Assembly: GCA_018713505.1 (NCBI GenBank)
Contig: DVOL01000005.1
Location: 1-52,709 of the forward strand
Direction: 5' to 3'
Source of the DNA: Candidatus Faeciplasma avium
GTDB lineage: Bacteria > Bacillota > Clostridia > Oscillospirales > Ruminococcaceae
DNA: 52,709 nucleotides
Positions 17,731 to 26,180 of the stretch are shown here, piece after piece. The position numbers were made by a program, and so were the translations under genes. The notes under the pieces were generated by a model. The model was not told the DNA's origin and searched no databases. It saw only the letters and a list, made by a program, of their open reading frames with translations. The first letter of the stretch is position 1. The number at the start of each line of letters is the position of its first letter.

Positions 17731-17783
17731 GGCTAAGCAGCCAAGCAGACCTTTGGCTAAGCAGCCAAGCAGACCCTTGGCTG
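17731..17783. repeat. tandem 21-bp direct repeat with embedded hairpins
   Basis: ggctaagcagccaagcagacc occurs at 17731-17751 and 17755-17775, followed by a partial ttggctgc. Each copy contains ggct-aagc-agcc. gcagccaa can instead pair with the downstream ttggctgc. Confidence 0.6.
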
Positions 17784-17819
17784 CGTATCCCTCCGATTTT
17801 AAGCTAAGGAGACCTTTTT

Positions 17820-19391
17820 ATGCTGTATATATCCCTTGCGATACTGATTTTAAGCCTTATATCGGCTCTTTGCCTCTCGGGAAGGCATTACATCCATATG
17901 TTCCAGCTTAATTCCTACAAGCCGGGAGTCCAGCTTGAATGGATAAGGAAAAACTCAAGGAAGCATTTTATAATCGCCGCAGTTTCGGCTGTGCCCTCAG
18001 CGTTTGGCTTTTTTGGGCTTAGGGACGCTTTCTCGCCCCTTCCTGTTTTTCTGACGGCGGCAGCGCTCGTTATCTACTCGGCGGCGTTTTTCTCAAAGGG
18101 GGAGAACAAGGTCCCGCTTAAATACACTATGAGGGTAAAAAGGCTCATTTTAAGCTGTGCGCTGCTCACGGCGGCGGCAGGGGCTGCCTGCTGGCTTCTT
18201 TACTCCAAGGGGCTGTTTTGGAATTTTGCCGGGCTGTACCTTCTTCTGTTTCCGTATATGATACTTCTTGCAAACCTAATAAACCGTCCTGCGGAGCTTC
18301 TTATAAGCAGGCATTACATCAAGGACGCCGCAAGGCTGATAAGGGAATGTCCCGGGCTTTTGGTGATAGGAATAACCGGGAGCTTCGGCAAAACCAGCGT
18401 CAAATACTTCCTTGAAAAGCTTTTGTCGGTGAGGTATAATGTCCTAAAGACCCCCGGCAATATAAACACCACCCTCGGAGTGGTGAGAGTGATAAGGGAG
18501 CAGCTAAAGCCCACGCATGAAATATTCCTTTGCGAGATGGGAGCTAGAAATCCCGGGGACATCAGGGAGATATGCGAGCTTGTAAGCCCGAGGATGGGTG
18601 TTATAACCTCGGTGGGACCTATGCATCTTGAGAGCTTCGGGACGCTTGAAAGAATAGTCGCCACCAAGTTCGAGCTTGCCGATTCCCTCCCTCAGGACGG
18701 CGGTCTGTATCTGAATATGGACAGCGAGCCTGTTGCAAAAAACGCCGGCTCAAGAGGCTATATCTCCTACGGAATAGACGACAGGTCCGGCTACTATGCG
18801 GACGATATAACCGTGGGAAGGGACGGCTCCGAGTTTACCGCACATTCGCCCTCCGGGGAGTCTGAGAGGTACAAAACCGCTCTGATAGGACGGCACAATG
18901 TCTTGAATCTGATGGGTGCGATAGCCGTAGCCAACAGCCTTGGGATTCCATTAAGGGAGCTTAGGGCGCCCATAAGAAGGCTTGAGAGCGTTCCGCACCG
19001 TCTCCAGCTTATAAACAAGGGGGACTACAGCATAATCGACGACGCCTACAACTCCAACCCCTCTGGCGCAAGGGCGGCGCTTGAGGCGCTCTCAATGGCC
19101 GAGGGCATGAAGATACTGGTGACCCCCGGCATGGTGGAGCTTGGCGGAAGCGAGTATGAGCTTAACAAGGAGCTTGGCGCTCAGGCGGCAGGAGTCTGCG
19201 ACTTTGTTGCGCTCGTCGGAGCTAAAAGGACGGCTCCTATCAGGGGAGGGCTTATCGAGTCCGGCTTCCCGAGCGATAGGATATATGTGGCGTCGACCCT
19301 GGGTGAGGCGATGGAGGCGGTCCGTAAGGTCGACAGCGGCGGCAGAAGAAAGACGATACTTCTTGAAAACGACCTTCCCGACAACTATTAG
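17820..19391 (+). CDS. murF: MurF-like Mur ligase (UDP-MurNAc-tripeptide--D-Ala-D-Ala ligase family) with N-terminal membrane domain
   Basis: P-loop GITGSFGKTS at residues 184-193. MurF-like blocks PGNINTTLGV, CEMGARNPGDI, VGPMHLESFG, DDAYNSNP and GMVELG. Residues 1-155 form five hydrophobic segments. ddl follows. Confidence 0.7.
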   Translation: MLYISLAILILSLISALCLSGRHYIHMFQLNSYKPGVQLEWIRKNSRKHFIIAAVSAVPSAFGFFGLRDAFSPLPVFLTAAALVIYSAAFFSKGENKVPLKYTMRVKRLILSCALLTAAAGAACWLLYSKGLFWNFAGLYLLLFPYMILLANLINRPAELLISRHYIKDAARLIRECPGLLVIGITGSFGKTSVKYFLEKLLSVRYNVLKTPGNINTTLGVVRVIREQLKPTHEIFLCEMGARNPGDIREICELVSPRMGVITSVGPMHLESFGTLERIVATKFELADSLPQDGGLYLNMDSEPVAKNAGSRGYISYGIDDRSGYYADDITVGRDGSEFTAHSPSGESERYKTALIGRHNVLNLMGAIAVANSLGIPLRELRAPIRRLESVPHRLQLINKGDYSIIDDAYNSNPSGARAALEALSMAEGMKILVTPGMVELGGSEYELNKELGAQAAGVCDFVALVGAKRTAPIRGGLIESGFPSDRIYVASTLGEAMEAVRKVDSGGRRKTILLENDLPDNY

Positions 19392-19434
19392 TAAAATATG
19401 ACTGAGGGTAATCCAGTCTGAAAGGATGAGCTTT

Positions 19435-20622
19435 ATGAAGATAAGGGTTTGCGTACTGTTCGGCGGCAGGAGCGTCGAGCATGAAATTTCGGTAATATCC
19501 GGGCTTCAGGCATACAACAGCCTCGACAGGCAAAAATACGAGGTCACCGCCGTGTATATCTCAAAGAGCGGGACGATGTACTGCGGCGAGAGAATAAGCG
19601 ACATCGGGGCGTATAAGGACATAGACGGGCTTCTCAGGGACAGCTATCCCGTCGCCATGGCCAGGGACGGCGACGGCGTCAAGCTTTTAAGGCTGGAGCC
19701 GGGACTGTTTAAAAAGCCCCTTATAGGGTATATAGATGTCGTTTTGCCTGTGGTGCACGGCACCAATGTCGAGGACGGCACGGCGGCAGGCTATCTTAAT
19801 ATGCTGGGAGCTGCCTATGCCGGCTGCGATATTCTTTCCTCCTCGGTGGGAATGGATAAGTATGCCACAAAGCTGATTCTCAGGGAGAGCGGAATCCCCG
19901 TGCTCGACTGCAGGGTCTACACCGTCAGGGAGTATGACGCAAATCCAATGTCGGTCACCGCCTCGGTGGAATCTGAGCTTTCCTATCCCGTGATAGTAAA
20001 GCCTGTAAATCTCGGCTCAAGCGTCGGGATATCGGTAGCCAGGGACAAGGAGGAGCTTGTAAGCGCTCTTGAGGAGGCGTTCAGGTACTCAAGGAGGGTG
20101 CTTGTCGAAAGGGCGATATCCAGCCTCACCGAGATTAACTGCTCGGTGCTGGGAGACTACGACTCCTGCGAGACCTCCCTGCTTGAAAGACCTGTCAGCA
20201 CCGAGGAGATTCTTAGCTACAGCGATAAGTACATAGCCGGCTCGAAAGGCTCTAAGGGCATGGCAAGCACAAAGAGGGTCATCCCGGCGGACATCTCCCT
20301 TGAGACCACCAGAGCGATTGAGGAGCTTGCAAAAAAGGCGTTTACGGCTCTTGGCTGCTGCGGAGTCGCCAGGCTGGATTTCATGATAGACAACTCCTCC
20401 GGCAGTATATATCTGAACGAGATAAACACCATTCCGGGGTCGCTGTCATTTTACCTCTGGGAGCCTAAGGGCGTGAGCTACAGCGAGCTTTTAGACAGGC
20501 TGATCTCGCTCGCCCTGAAGCGCAGAAGGGACGATTCCTCGATTACCTATACCTTTGACACGAATGTTTTGTCAAATGTCTCGCTGCAGGGGGCAAAGGG
20601 CGCAAAGCTGGGAGGAAAATAA
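19435..20622 (+). CDS. ddl: D-alanine--D-alanine ligase
   Basis: MKIRVCVLFGGRSVEHEISVISG N-terminus, ATP-grasp core, EINTIPG motif. AAAGGA sits 8 nt upstream of ATG 19435 and abuts ATG 19426. Confidence 0.88.
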   Translation: MKIRVCVLFGGRSVEHEISVISGLQAYNSLDRQKYEVTAVYISKSGTMYCGERISDIGAYKDIDGLLRDSYPVAMARDGDGVKLLRLEPGLFKKPLIGYIDVVLPVVHGTNVEDGTAAGYLNMLGAAYAGCDILSSSVGMDKYATKLILRESGIPVLDCRVYTVREYDANPMSVTASVESELSYPVIVKPVNLGSSVGISVARDKEELVSALEEAFRYSRRVLVERAISSLTEINCSVLGDYDSCETSLLERPVSTEEILSYSDKYIAGSKGSKGMASTKRVIPADISLETTRAIEELAKKAFTALGCCGVARLDFMIDNSSGSIYLNEINTIPGSLSFYLWEPKGVSYSELLDRLISLALKRRRDDSSITYTFDTNVLSNVSLQGAKGAKLGGK

Positions 20623-20643
20623 GCCTAGCCTGCCGGCAAAGTA

Positions 20644-20680
20644 AAAAAGCAGTCATCGTTTGATGGCTGCTTTCGCTTTT
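20644..20680. terminator. bidirectional terminator between ddl and the convergent lipoprotein gene
   Basis: Stem gcagtcatc (20649-20657) / gatggctgc (20662-20670), flanked by an a-run upstream and tttcgctttt downstream. Confidence 0.6.
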
Positions 20681-20706
20681 ATATTCTCCCCCGACGCCGG
20701 GGAGCA

Positions 20707-21336
20707 TCAGTCGTAGTTAACCACGCTCTGCTCGGTGATGTTGCCCTCCTCGTCCCTTTCGATTATAGAGGTGCTGACAAGCTTGGCGGAGTCTCCCTCG
20801 CCGACATACCTGTCCTCCCGTACCGACTTGTCCTTCCCGTTGTCATAAAAGGTCTTGACTCCCTTGCTGGTGGAGACCTCGCCTGTGTCCGGGTCGACGG
20901 TGGTGTTCTCCCAGGAATCCTCTATCAAAACGCTCTGCTCGTTGTAGCTCTGGGTGGTGTAGCTGATATACAGGTCCGTGCCGTCGTCTGAGGTTATCCT
21001 CTGGAAGGAGATTAGCTTCTCGGTGTAGAATATCCCGATTATCGCCATGTACTGCTTGGGACGCTGCTCCTGGTCGTATATTACCGTCATCGTGCCGACA
21101 AGGCTGGTTTTTTCGGGGTCCTCGAAGATGTAATAATTCTCCTCGACGGTAAGCTCGCCGTCTGTCACATCGTTTGCAAGCTTTATATAGTAGCCGTCGA
21201 GCCTGAGCTCGTCGTAAAGATTCTTAGACGCCTTGCTCCCGCAGCCGAAAAGGCTAAAAAGGGTCAGCAGGGCGCAGGACGCCGCCAGCACACGCCTAAG
21301 CAGGCTTATTATATTCATTCCTTTAGATTTTGACAT
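20707..21336 (-). CDS. lipoprotein, unknown function
   Basis: GGAG-N7-ATG at 21336. MSKSKGMNIISLLRRVLAASCALLTLFSLFGCGS has a lipobox (LFGC). The longer track ORF would run into rnpB. Confidence 0.65.
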   Translation of the reverse strand: MSKSKGMNIISLLRRVLAASCALLTLFSLFGCGSKASKNLYDELRLDGYYIKLANDVTDGELTVEENYYIFEDPEKTSLVGTMTVIYDQEQRPKQYMAIIGIFYTEKLISFQRITSDDGTDLYISYTTQSYNEQSVLIEDSWENTTVDPDTGEVSTSKGVKTFYDNGKDKSVREDRYVGEGDSAKLVSTSIIERDEEGNITEQSVVNYD

Positions 21337-21394
21337 AGAAAGTCTCCGTTCGGTGAGTATTATCGGCAGAGGATAGCTCCTCCGCCGAACAAGC

Positions 21395-21750
21395 CATGCG
21401 ACCAAGCCTGTAAGCCGAGTTCTGTCGAGTGCGGTAATCTATCTAATTCCTGCGTCGCCGCAGGACTCAAGCCACCTATAACAGCATATCCGCCGAGCAG
21501 GCGTTGATATGCCGAACCAAACGGTGTTGCATCGGATAGGGTTTACATGACGGAGCAGTCTCCTGCCCCTCGGTGAGCTCTTACCTCGCCTTTCCATCCT
21601 TACCGCCCCTAAGGACGGCGGTTTATTTCTGTTGCACTTTCCCTAAGGTCGCCCTCGGCTGATGTTATCAGCTATCCCGCTCTGTGATGCTCGGACTTTC
21701 CTCATCCGCCGAATAACGGCGTCCGCTACCGCACAGCTTACTCGCAAGCT
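21395..21750 (-). ncRNA. rnpB: RNase P RNA, bacterial type A
   Basis: The minus strand carries GAGGAAAGUCCGAGC (P4 5' strand), AGUGCAACAGAAAUAAACCGCC, GGUAAGGAUGGAAAGGCGAGGUAAGAGCUCACC, GUAAACCC, GCUUGAG and ACAGAACUCGGCUUACAG (P4 3' strand). P1 pairs ugcga with ucgca. End coordinates are approximate to +/-10 nt. Confidence 0.92.
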
Positions 21751-21755
21751 AATAC

Positions 21756-21784
21756 ATTTTACACTATTGACGGCGGCGTGTCAA
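21756..21784 (-). promoter_or_regulatory. rnpB promoter
   Basis: The minus strand reads TTGACA (21779-21784), a 17-nt spacer, then TAAAAT (21756-21761), about 7 nt before the predicted P1 5' end. Confidence 0.6.
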
Positions 21785-21888
21785 CAGTAAAATCGACTTT
21801 TGAGGTCTCTAAGGTGATTTTAAACAAAAATATGCAGATAATATTATTTATTTTCTCAGGGAAAATATACGCCGTTTCAAAAAAGCTA

Positions 21889-21917
21889 TTGACAATTTTC
21901 GGGGGAGGTAATATAAT
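21889..21917 (+). promoter_or_regulatory. consensus promoter of the marR-ABC exporter unit
   Basis: TTGACA (21889-21894), a 17-nt spacer, then TATAAT (21912-21917). Confidence 0.6.
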
Positions 21918-21930
21918 TAACATGTTAATT
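21915..21930. promoter_or_regulatory. perfect 16-bp palindrome, probable MarR operator
   Basis: AATTAACATGTTAATT is its own reverse complement, overlaps the -10 element, and is followed by GTTAAC. Confidence 0.5.
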
Positions 21931-21964
21931 GTTAACTGCTAAATCATTATTAGGAGTGGTGAGC

Positions 21965-22438
21965 TTGAACAATCTGGATAAGGACTATAAGGATAGATGC
22001 CGCAGGGGTATGCATATTTTCATGAAGTGCAACCGCCTTCACCGAGCGCTTGTCGAGTCGAGCGTAAAGGAGCTTGAGCTTCACAGGAGCCAGCACTCGA
22101 TGCTGCTGGCTATAAACTTTGCGGACGATATATCTCAAAAGGAGCTGTCTAAGAAGATGGAGATATCTCCGGCTGCCGTCACGGTGACGCTGAAAAGGCT
22201 GGAGGCTCAGGGCTACATTCAGAGGCAGCAGCGTGAGGACGACACCAGGATGAACAGCATCTATGTGACGGACAAGGGCAGGGATATAATCGAGAGGACC
22301 GGCGAGATATTCGACGCCGCCGACCAGCGGGCGTTCAAGGATTTCTCGGTCAAGGAGCTTGACCAGTTTATAGGCTATCTTCAAAGGATATCCTACAACC
22401 TTAAATCCGTCGGAAGCTATTTAAATAGGGAGGAATAA
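21965..22438 (+). CDS. MarR-family transcriptional regulator
   Basis: Winged-helix region (ISQKELSKKMEISPAAVTVTLKRLEAQGYIQR). The start is uncertain: TTG 21965 lies 8 nt after AGGAG (21952-21956), and the track start at 21929 sits inside the operator. Confidence 0.75.
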   Translation: MNNLDKDYKDRCRRGMHIFMKCNRLHRALVESSVKELELHRSQHSMLLAINFADDISQKELSKKMEISPAAVTVTLKRLEAQGYIQRQQREDDTRMNSIYVTDKGRDIIERTGEIFDAADQRAFKDFSVKELDQFIGYLQRISYNLKSVGSYLNREE

Positions 22439-22441
22439 ATC

Positions 22442-24187
22442 TTGAGCTGGTATAAGTACATAAAGCCGTATCTGTTTTACTTCATAATCACCCCGATATG
22501 CATGCTTGTCGAGGTGGCGGGGGAGATAATAATGCCAACCCTCTTGGGTCAGGTGATAGATTCACAGGCAAACGGCACCCTCGATGTCAGGCAGAGCCTT
22601 CTTGTCATGGGAGGGATAATTCTCTGTGCGATTTTAATGATGGCAGGAGGAGTCGGAGGCTCCTACTTCGGAGCAAAGGCGTCTGTAAACTTCGCCGCCG
22701 ATTTAAGGCAGGATGTATTCGAGAAGGTGCAGGGCTTTTCCTTTGCAAATATCGACAAGTTTTCCACCGGCTCGCTGGTGACAAGGCTTACAAACGACAT
22801 CACCCAGATGCAGAACTTTGTCAACATGCTTTTGAGGATGGCGTTCAGGGCGCCGGGAATGCTCATTATGGCGCTGTTTATGACTATAAGGCTGCAGCCT
22901 AAGCTTTCGGTTGTATTTGCGGTCACGATACCTCTGCTTCTTATCTGCGTCGGCTCGATTATAGTAAGAGGCTTTTCCAGGTTCGGCACCGTCCAGAAAA
23001 AGCTGGACAGCTTAAACTCCGTGGTTCAGGAGAATGTCACCAATGTAAGAGTCGTCAAGAGCTTCGTCAGGGAGAAAAAGGAGATAAGCAAGTTTAAAAA
23101 GGCTAACGGCGACTTCAAGGAAGCCAGCATGAGCGCCATGAACATCATGATTTTCATGTCTCCCGTCACCACGCTGATAATGAACATAACCATCCTTCTT
23201 ATAATCTATCTTGGCTCTTCAATGGTGCTTGACGGTCTTTCCGGCGAGATAGGAATGGGCATAGGAGACCTATCAAAGTTTGTGTCCTATGCAAACCAGA
23301 TTCTTTTCTCCCTGATGATGGTGTCAATGCTTCTTATGATGTCCTCAAGGGCGTTAGCGTCCGCAAGGCGTGTCAAGGAGCTTTTGGAGGAGGAGCCGGA
23401 CATTAAGGACCTTCCCGACGCCGACCCCGGGCTGAGCGTTAAAAACGGCGAGGTAGAGTTTAGGAATGTCAGCTTCAGGTACTACAAAGGCTCGGACGAG
23501 AAGGTGCTTGACGATATCAGCCTTAAAATACCCGCCAGGTCGGTGGTCGGCATAATAGGCTCCACCGGCTGCGGAAAGACCACCCTTGTCTCGATGATAT
23601 CAAGGCTTTACGACCCCGACGAGGGCGAGGTGCTTGTCGACGGCAGGGATGTAAAGGACTACACCATCTATAACCTCAGAGAGGGAATAGGAATGGTGCT
23701 TCAAAACAACACCCTGTTTTCTGGAACAATAGAGGAAAACCTCCGCTGGGGAGACGAAAACGCCACGATGGAGGAGATAAAGGCTGCCGCACACAGCGCA
23801 CAGGCCGATAAGTTTGTTTCAAGCTTTAAGGACGGCTACAGCACCGAGCTTGACCAGGGAGGAACCAATGTTTCGGGAGGTCAGAAGCAGCGTCTGTGCA
23901 TAGCGAGGGCGCTTTTGAAGCGTCCCAAGGTCCTGATTCTTGACGACTCCACCAGCGCAGTCGACACGGCGACCGAGGCTCAGATAAGGTCTGCCTTTAA
24001 AAACGAGCTTTCCGACTCGACAAAGATAATAATAGCGCAGAGGATATCCTCGATAATAGATTCTGACATGATAGTGGTAATGAACGAGGGCAGGATTTCC
24101 GGGGTAGGCACCCACGACGAGCTTCTAAAGAGCAACCAGGCCTATCAGGAGATTTACTACTCCCAGAACGAAAGGAAGGGGGCGTAG
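22442..24187 (+). CDS. ABC exporter, fused permease/ATPase (half-transporter A)
   Basis: Six-helix TMD plus NBD with Walker A GSTGCGKTT, signature VSGGQKQR and Walker B LILDDSTSAVD. Confidence 0.9.
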   Translation: MSWYKYIKPYLFYFIITPICMLVEVAGEIIMPTLLGQVIDSQANGTLDVRQSLLVMGGIILCAILMMAGGVGGSYFGAKASVNFAADLRQDVFEKVQGFSFANIDKFSTGSLVTRLTNDITQMQNFVNMLLRMAFRAPGMLIMALFMTIRLQPKLSVVFAVTIPLLLICVGSIIVRGFSRFGTVQKKLDSLNSVVQENVTNVRVVKSFVREKKEISKFKKANGDFKEASMSAMNIMIFMSPVTTLIMNITILLIIYLGSSMVLDGLSGEIGMGIGDLSKFVSYANQILFSLMMVSMLLMMSSRALASARRVKELLEEEPDIKDLPDADPGLSVKNGEVEFRNVSFRYYKGSDEKVLDDISLKIPARSVVGIIGSTGCGKTTLVSMISRLYDPDEGEVLVDGRDVKDYTIYNLREGIGMVLQNNTLFSGTIEENLRWGDENATMEEIKAAAHSAQADKFVSSFKDGYSTELDQGGTNVSGGQKQRLCIARALLKRPKVLILDDSTSAVDTATEAQIRSAFKNELSDSTKIIIAQRISSIIDSDMIVVMNEGRISGVGTHDELLKSNQAYQEIYYSQNERKGA

Positions 24188-24190
24188 GCT

Positions 24191-26149
24191 ATGGCAAGAA
24201 GCTTGGAGGCTTTAAAAAAGCAGTATAACACCTCGGCGTCGGAGTCACGCCGGGGTCCCGGGGGTCCGGGAGGTCCGGGTCCAAGAGGAAGAGGCGGTCC
24301 CAGGATGGGTCGCTCCAGTCTCAAGCACGGCACGGCGTCCATAAAGAGGCTTTTAAGGTACCTCGGAAAATACCGTCTTAGGATAGTGGTAATACTTCTT
24401 TGCATGCTTGTCAACACGGTGGCGTCCCTGTGCGGAGGGTATATGATGGCTCCCATCATAAACAAGCTGACCTATGCGATAAGCGGCATGGAGCAGCCGC
24501 TCAGCACTATAGAGAGTCTAGCCGATAGGGCGATAGCTCTTCTTGCCGGCGACACGGGAGGCACCACCGCCGGGGAGATAATGACCTATGTTATCTCGGC
24601 GATTGCGATATTTGCCGTCATCTACGCCGTGGGAGTCATAACCAGCTATTTGCAGGCAAAGATGATGCTGGTGGTCTCCCAGGGGACGATAGAGTCGATA
24701 AGAAACGACCTGTTCGCAAAGCTCCAGAAGCTCCCGGTCAGGTACTTCGACCAAAATCCCACCGGCGACATAATGTCCAGCTTTACAAACGATATTGACA
24801 ATATCGACATGATGATAAACAACTCGCTGACCTCTATTATCTCGGGAGTTGTAAACCTCGTTGGAACCTTTGTGTTCATGATAACGACAAACTGGATTCT
24901 GACCCTTGTGACCGTTTTGTTCATCCCGCTCTTTACCCTTGGAGGCGGAGCGATAGCGAAGATATCCTCAAAGTATTACACAGGTCAGCAGGCGGCTCTG
25001 GGAGCTGTAAACGGCTACACCGAGGAGACCGTCACCGGGCAGAAGGTTGTAAAGGTGTTTAACCACGAGTCGACGGCTGTCGAGGAGTTCAGCCTTTTGA
25101 ACAGGGACATGAGGGAAAAGCAGTTCAGGGCGCAGTTCTACGGCTCGATAATGGGTCCGATAATGGGAAACACCTCCCAGATATCCTACGGAGTTACAGT
25201 CGGAGTAGGAGCGCTTCTTATGGTATTCGGAAGGCTCTCCACAGGTGCGCTTCAGCTCTTTGCCCAGTATTCAAAGAGCTTCTCGATGCCGATAAACAAC
25301 ATATCCCAGCAGATGTCCACAATATTTGCGGCTCTTGCCGGAGCCGAGAGGGTGTTCGATGTCATGGACGCCCAGCCCGAGGCTCCCGACCCCGAGGGGG
25401 CGCTGTCCGAGGGTATTAAGGGAGATGTCGTGCTAAAGGATGTCACCTTCGGCTACATCCCCGGCAAGACAGTCTTAAAGCACATCAGCCTTTACGCAAA
25501 GCCCGGTCAGAAGATAGCCTTTGTAGGCTCCACCGGCGCAGGCAAGACGACTATTACAAACCTATTAAACCGCTTTTACGATGTCGACAGCGGTGAGATA
25601 CTTATAGACGGCAGGGATGTCAAGGAGTACAAAAGGGAGTATCTCAGGGAGAATATCGCCATGGTGCTCCAGGATACCCATCTTTTCACCGGCACCGTCA
25701 GGGAGAATATCCGCTACGGCAGGCTTGACGCCACCGACGAGGAGGTTGTTGCAGCCGCAAAGACAGCCAGCGCACACTCCTTTATCATGAGGCTTGAAAA
25801 CGGCTACGACACCGTTTTGGAGAGCGACGGCGCAAACCTCTCGCAGGGACAGAGGCAGCTTCTTAACATAGCAAGAGCCGCACTATCCAAAGCTCCGATA
25901 CTCGTTCTCGACGAGGCGACCTCCTCGGTAGACACAAGAACCGAGAGGCATATAGAGCACGGCATGGATAGGCTGATGAAAAACAGAACCACCTTTGTAA
26001 TAGCTCACCGGCTCTCGACGGTAAGGAACGCCAACGCCATAATGGTGCTTGAAAACGGCGAGATTATCGAAAGGGGAGACCATGACGACCTCCTTGAGCA
26101 AAGGGGCAGGTACTACGAGCTGTACACCGGCGTCAAGGAGCTTGACTAG
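24191..26149 (+). CDS. ABC exporter, fused permease/ATPase (half-transporter B) with Gly/Pro-rich N-terminus
   Basis: Walker A GSTGAGKTT, signature LSQGQRQL, Walker B LVLDEATSSVD. N-terminal RRGPGGPGGPGPRGRGGPRMGR. The start lies 3 nt after the partner's stop. Confidence 0.9.
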   Translation: MARSLEALKKQYNTSASESRRGPGGPGGPGPRGRGGPRMGRSSLKHGTASIKRLLRYLGKYRLRIVVILLCMLVNTVASLCGGYMMAPIINKLTYAISGMEQPLSTIESLADRAIALLAGDTGGTTAGEIMTYVISAIAIFAVIYAVGVITSYLQAKMMLVVSQGTIESIRNDLFAKLQKLPVRYFDQNPTGDIMSSFTNDIDNIDMMINNSLTSIISGVVNLVGTFVFMITTNWILTLVTVLFIPLFTLGGGAIAKISSKYYTGQQAALGAVNGYTEETVTGQKVVKVFNHESTAVEEFSLLNRDMREKQFRAQFYGSIMGPIMGNTSQISYGVTVGVGALLMVFGRLSTGALQLFAQYSKSFSMPINNISQQMSTIFAALAGAERVFDVMDAQPEAPDPEGALSEGIKGDVVLKDVTFGYIPGKTVLKHISLYAKPGQKIAFVGSTGAGKTTITNLLNRFYDVDSGEILIDGRDVKEYKREYLRENIAMVLQDTHLFTGTVRENIRYGRLDATDEEVVAAAKTASAHSFIMRLENGYDTVLESDGANLSQGQRQLLNIARAALSKAPILVLDEATSSVDTRTERHIEHGMDRLMKNRTTFVIAHRLSTVRNANAIMVLENGEIIERGDHDDLLEQRGRYYELYTGVKELD

Positions 26150-26180
26150 CACAGGTCTGGATTAATTTGGAGGGAAAATT

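Noticed and set aside
19426-19434. Upstream ATG for ddl (MSFMKIR...)
   Set aside because: The AAAGGA SD abuts this ATG directly. ATG 19435 has proper 8-nt spacing and gives the canonical MKIRV... Ddl N-terminus.
24238-24310. Nucleotide-level ggtcc/ggg repeats
   Set aside because: This is the coding sequence for the Gly/Pro-rich N-terminus of the second ABC half-transporter. It is not a CRISPR array or a non-coding repeat.
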